From an uncultured virus (IMG/VR IMGVR_UViG_3300048778_000136) (taxonomy: Duplodnaviria > Heunggongvirae > Uroviricota > Caudoviricetes), in the IMG/VR virus record IMGVR_UViG_3300048778_000136: a DNA stretch of 20,000 bases, one strand, 5' to 3'. Position 1 is the stretch's first letter; each line of letters opens with the position of its first letter. The notes under the pieces are model-generated. The model saw nothing but the letters and a program-made list of their open reading frames with translations, was not told the DNA's origin and ran no database searches. A program made the translations under genes and the position numbers. This document shows, piece after piece, positions 17,025 to 20,000 of this stretch.

Positions 17025-17576
17025 TTAGTTTCCTGTGTGCTGAAACCGCTGTTCTCCAGTAGAGTTGAAATAGAGATACGGCTTCCACTTTTCATCCTCT
17101 TCGCCCATACTTTTCAGTATAAATCTACTGGTATGTATGCTTGCTGGACGAGGCTTATGAAGTAATTTCATGCCAGATTCCTCAAGGCTCTTATCGGCCT
17201 TCTTTTTATTACATTTCTGACAGCAGGCACATAAGTTGTCCCATGAATCACGTCCGCCCTTCGACTTAGGAACGATGTGGTCTAAGGTAAGTTCTGAAGC
17301 CGAAAAGTGCTTCTCGCAATACTGACAAATGTTGCGATCACGAAGGAAGATGTTTTTCCTACTGAGAATCTGGATGCGAACAGGAATGTACCTGTACTCC
17401 TTTAGCCGGATGACGCTTGGCATGTAGATACCGGGATAAATTTCTTGTCCCGTGTGCTCCTGAATTACTGCTCGATCCTTCACAACTAGAGTAAGTGCGC
17501 GTCGTGCAGAGCGGATCGAAATCGCTTCGAATGAGCTATTAAGCACCAGCACCGCAGAATTGATTGCATTTCGCAT
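17025..17576 (-). CDS. HNH endonuclease (McrA-like)
   Basis: LVLNSSFE...RRA; SRKNIFLRD..ICQYC...LTLDHIVPKSKGG..SWDNLC.CC.KCNKKK; GGGAG RBS; extended -10 TGcTATATT at about 17603-17611. Confidence 0.93.
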   Translation of the reverse strand: MRNAINSAVLVLNSSFEAISIRSARRALTLVVKDRAVIQEHTGQEIYPGIYMPSVIRLKEYRYIPVRIQILSRKNIFLRDRNICQYCEKHFSASELTLDHIVPKSKGGRDSWDNLCACCQKCNKKKADKSLEESGMKLLHKPRPASIHTSRFILKSMGEEDEKWKPYLYFNSTGEQRFQHTGN

Positions 17577-17695
17577 ACTTTCTCCCTTCGTGAATTGATT
17601 TCAATATAGCACATAAACTGCGCATCCAGCCTGTCGAGTATTAATTCCCTAGACTTAGTGGGGGGCATCGGGACTCTCGAACAGGCCAGAAGGAT

Positions 17696-17772
17696 TGGAG
17701 CAGATGTCCGGAATCGAACCGGAGAATTTTCCCTTACGAGGGGAGTGCTGTAGCCGTCTGAGCCACATCTGC
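17696..17772 (-). tRNA. tRNA-Thr(CGT)
   Basis: Loop CTCGTAA; CCA. Confidence 0.9.
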
Positions 17773-17916
17773 AAAACTTAGGCCGGGGCTTACCCGGAAC
17801 ATAAGGATTTACTCTTGCATCCCTACCGCCGTAACGCTCGCGAGACGTTCGTGCGCGTAGTTGATAGATGCTACTACCCTATGCCAGAGGATTTACACGT
17901 GACCCCTGCTACACTT

Positions 17917-17991
17917 TGGAGCGAATGACCGGGTACGATCCGGTGACTGAAGTATGGCGTACTTCTATGTTCCCAACTACACTACATTCGC
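17917..17991 (-). tRNA. tRNA-Gly(GCC)
   Basis: GCG acceptor; U73; loop ACGCCAT (C33); T-loop ATCGTAC; CCA. Confidence 0.87.
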
Positions 17992-17992
17992 A

Positions 17993-18066
17993 TGGTTGCC
18001 TCGCTCCGACTCGAACGGAGATTAAATCCTTCAAAGGGATTCTGCCTACCATTGACAGACAAGGCA
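17993..18066 (-). tRNA. tRNA-Gln(TTG)
   Basis: U1-A72; loop CTTTGAA; CCA. Confidence 0.9.
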
Positions 18067-18168
18067 ATACAACTAATCATCCGGCCTCTTAGTTATCCCG
18101 CACGTGGGCTTGGTCTATTACTGGAGGGTTTGAGGCACGCTTTTCAGCGCCCGGTTAGCCATCAAATC

Positions 18169-18244
18169 TGGTGGAGGGCGTGGAGTCGAACCACATTCGA
18201 TCCCTCATGTATCCATGAGTTCACAGCACCATGCTAGACCACCC
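18169..18244 (-). ncRNA. tRNA-like RNA with Ala-type acceptor end and no canonical anticodon loop
   Basis: GGG...CTCC-A-CCA; canonical T-arm GGTTCGACTCC; anticodon arm CTCATG-GATA-CATGAG. Confidence 0.7.
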
Positions 18245-18250
18245 AAAACT

Positions 18251-18327
18251 TAGTGAGTGGTGGCAGGAATTTGAACCGACGACCTCTTCCCTCGTGGGAA
18301 GTGCTCTACCACTGAGCTACACCACTC
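18251..18327 (-). ncRNA. tRNA-like RNA or pseudo-tRNA without a 7-nt anticodon loop
   Basis: Perfect D-arm; 8-bp acceptor; arm CTTCCC-ACGA-GGGAAG; imperfect T-stem; ends ACTA. Confidence 0.7.
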
Positions 18328-18464
18328 ATAATATTTGCCCTTCCGGTATCCTCTAAACCGACTCGGGCCAAGCGGCATGTTGATGTCATGCGCATCAGGA
18401 ACCTGCTTGGATATCTCCTCACCCCTATGAGTAGACCATTGCTGGCGGTGTCCCTCTAGATTTA

Positions 18465-18541
18465 TGGTTGGACGCGAGGGATTCGAACCCGAGTCATGAC
18501 GACTTTCAGAGAGTCGCATCTTGCCGTTAGATGAGCGTCCA
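18465..18541 (-). tRNA. tRNA-Gln(CTG)
   Basis: U1-A72; loop CTCTGAA; CCA. Confidence 0.88.
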
Positions 18542-18606
18542 ACATTACAAATCAATTGTCAAAAATCACTCGCCTGTCCCACTGAGGGTGGCGCTTCTTA
18601 CTAAAC

Positions 18607-18695
18607 TGGCTGACAGAGTGGGAGTCGGACCCACAGGTGTCCTTTCGGAACGTCCGGTTAACAGCCGGGTGCCTTACCATTCGGCGCATCTGCCA
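18607..18695 (-). tRNA. tRNA-Asn(GTT) with long variable arm
   Basis: Loop CTGTTAA; G73; 18-nt variable region containing TCC-GAAA-GGA; 89 nt; CCA. Confidence 0.87.
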
Positions 18696-18856
18696 TCATT
18701 TACTGCAATAAAAACCCCGGCTGGTTGGCCGAGGTGTGTGGGACTGCTCCCGAAAGATTCACACCCGGCTACATACGGTTACCCTCTGCCTGACGCGGTT
18801 GCGCGGCTGGGGTAGTCGTAAAGCGTGTTGGGGTATGCATCTTCATGTCAATTTCG

Positions 18857-18885
18857 ACTTTATCCGTCTTGTTCATCTTTGTCAA
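18857..18885 (-). promoter_or_regulatory. main promoter of the tRNA array
   Basis: TTGACA-17 nt-TAAAGT with AT-rich upstream sequence. Confidence 0.75.
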
Positions 18886-19268
18886 CAGAAAAATTCAAAT
18901 ATTCCTGTTCGCGGCAGGATAAAAACTTACTTACTTCTCAATTGTGTCGAAGGGGCCGCGCTCTGTGGATAGATGTTCTTACGCCAGTCGTCGCGTCCTG
19001 TCCACCAAAAGGTTGGTGGAGGTTGCAACTCTGGAGCAGCCGCTTGGCCGTTATCGGTCTTCATCCTGACCCCCTATTCGATAAAAACTAATGGCCCCAT
19101 TTCTGAAGCCATCAGGTTGTTGCATAGTCTATGCGACTGAGGCAACTATAGAAGCAATCATGCTTCCGGTTGATTGCGGATTTGTACGATCCACGAAACG
19201 ATCATAACACCTAATCAGAGAGGAAGTACGGACTGACTGTTTCCTTTGGCATCCATCCACCAAGTCGG

Positions 19269-19685
19269 CTAGTCTTTGTCCTGTCGCTCCTGAGCGCCGC
19301 TCCATGCCCCTAGTTCGTTATCGAAGAAGTTGCAGTGTGGAGAAATAATATGCAGAATTGGACCATCAGGCTTACTACTATCAGCGACATTGATATTGCC
19401 GCTGGCGATAACCCATCCGCAATCTTCCCTAATCCTGACGGCGTGCGCCAAAGGCCAAGCCTTCAACTGCTGCTCGCGGGCCTCGCGCCCTTGCTTATTC
19501 CGAACCTCAAACGGATCGCACACATGCGGATGCCATTCAGTGTTGGGATACACGGGGCCAGAAGGATAAGTGAATGCTGTTCCGCCCCATTCATCGCCCA
19601 TCTTTGCGATGAGGATGCCACAGTTGGAGCAGTCGTGCGGGCCATAATATAAGACACGAGATGAACGAAATGTAATATTTGCCAT
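19269..19685 (-). CDS. hypothetical protein (138 aa; CxxC...HxC)
   Basis: AGGAG RBS; extended -10 TGgTACTAT at about 19733-19741. Confidence 0.75.
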   Translation of the reverse strand: MANITFRSSRVLYYGPHDCSNCGILIAKMGDEWGGTAFTYPSGPVYPNTEWHPHVCDPFEVRNKQGREAREQQLKAWPLAHAVRIREDCGWVIASGNINVADSSKPDGPILHIISPHCNFFDNELGAWSGAQERQDKD

Positions 19686-19884
19686 TAGATTTTCTCCTGC
19701 GTAAGTAAGTAGCCGCCGAAACGGTTGCGATCATAGTACCACTAATCACGTTGGGGGATTTTTCCTATGGTAAAATAGATGCATCGTCACGGGTTAGCGC
19801 GTCGAACGCTTCCCATACAGAGTCCACGGAGGGACACCGATGCGATTCGCTATGCAATAGTAAAGTTGCCAAGCCATGCAGCCC

Positions 19885-20000
19885 TCAAAATGGACATGAA
19901 TGAGTAGCGAGGCACGCGATGTTTACTCCGAGGTTCCCATAGCCCAGCGATTTCCGCCACCACGGTTGAGGCTTAGTCGCGTCGCTGGTCGCTTTGTGTA
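19885..20000 (-). CDS. 3' end of a CDS entering from outside the window (...KPQPWWRKSLGYGNLGVNIACLATHSCPF)
   Basis: Open frame to TGA at 19885, translated by hand. Confidence 0.4.
   Translation of the reverse strand, partial: HKATSDATKPQPWWRKSLGYGNLGVNIACLATHSCPF

Noticed and set aside
18169..18200. tmRNA 3' end
   Set aside because: The matching 5' strand is only 76 nt away, leaving no tag ORF or pseudoknots; reported as a tRNA-like RNA instead
14449..18815. ORF-track entries overlapping tRNAs (e.g. 14449-14643, 15546-15779, 16135-16347, 16493-16681, 17868-18237, 18250-18555, 18531-18815)
   Set aside because: They are translations of tRNA genes or their antisense strands and lack an RBS or protein motifs
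19219..19271. RNase P P4-like words (GAGGAAGTACGG...CGGCTA)
   Set aside because: Imperfect pairing and far too short for an RNase P RNA

Overview
This window looks like part of a tailed-phage or prophage genome. The left part (41-7883, minus strand) is an early recombination module with an SbcC/Rad50-like ATPase, a Cas4/AddB-like PD-(D/E)XK exonuclease, RecT, a P22 gp17-like protein and an unexpected secreted Ser/Thr/Asn-rich protein. Divergent sigma70-type promoters at about 7900-8100 lead into a rightward replication module (8228-12979): an initiator with internal iteron-like repeats, a possible helicase loader, a DnaB-like helicase and an HNH nuclease. An orphan N4/N6 DNA methyltransferase follows. 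From 14065 to 18695 the minus strand carries an array of 25 readable tRNA genes for 16 amino acids (none for Leu, Ser, Tyr, Cys or clear fMet) with an embedded HNH endonuclease. The array is unusual in four ways. Eight of the 25 tRNAs have C instead of the near-invariant U33. Seven have deviant T-loops. tRNA-Asn has a long variable arm. Two adjacent tRNA-like genes lack a proper anticodon loop. Most longer spacers hold a structured non-tRNA element, including a perfect H-type pseudoknot and two apparently related RNAs, and a CCUCCUCCC-loop sRNA lies just downstream of the array. All folds and calls were made by eye, without tRNAscan, Infernal or database searches.
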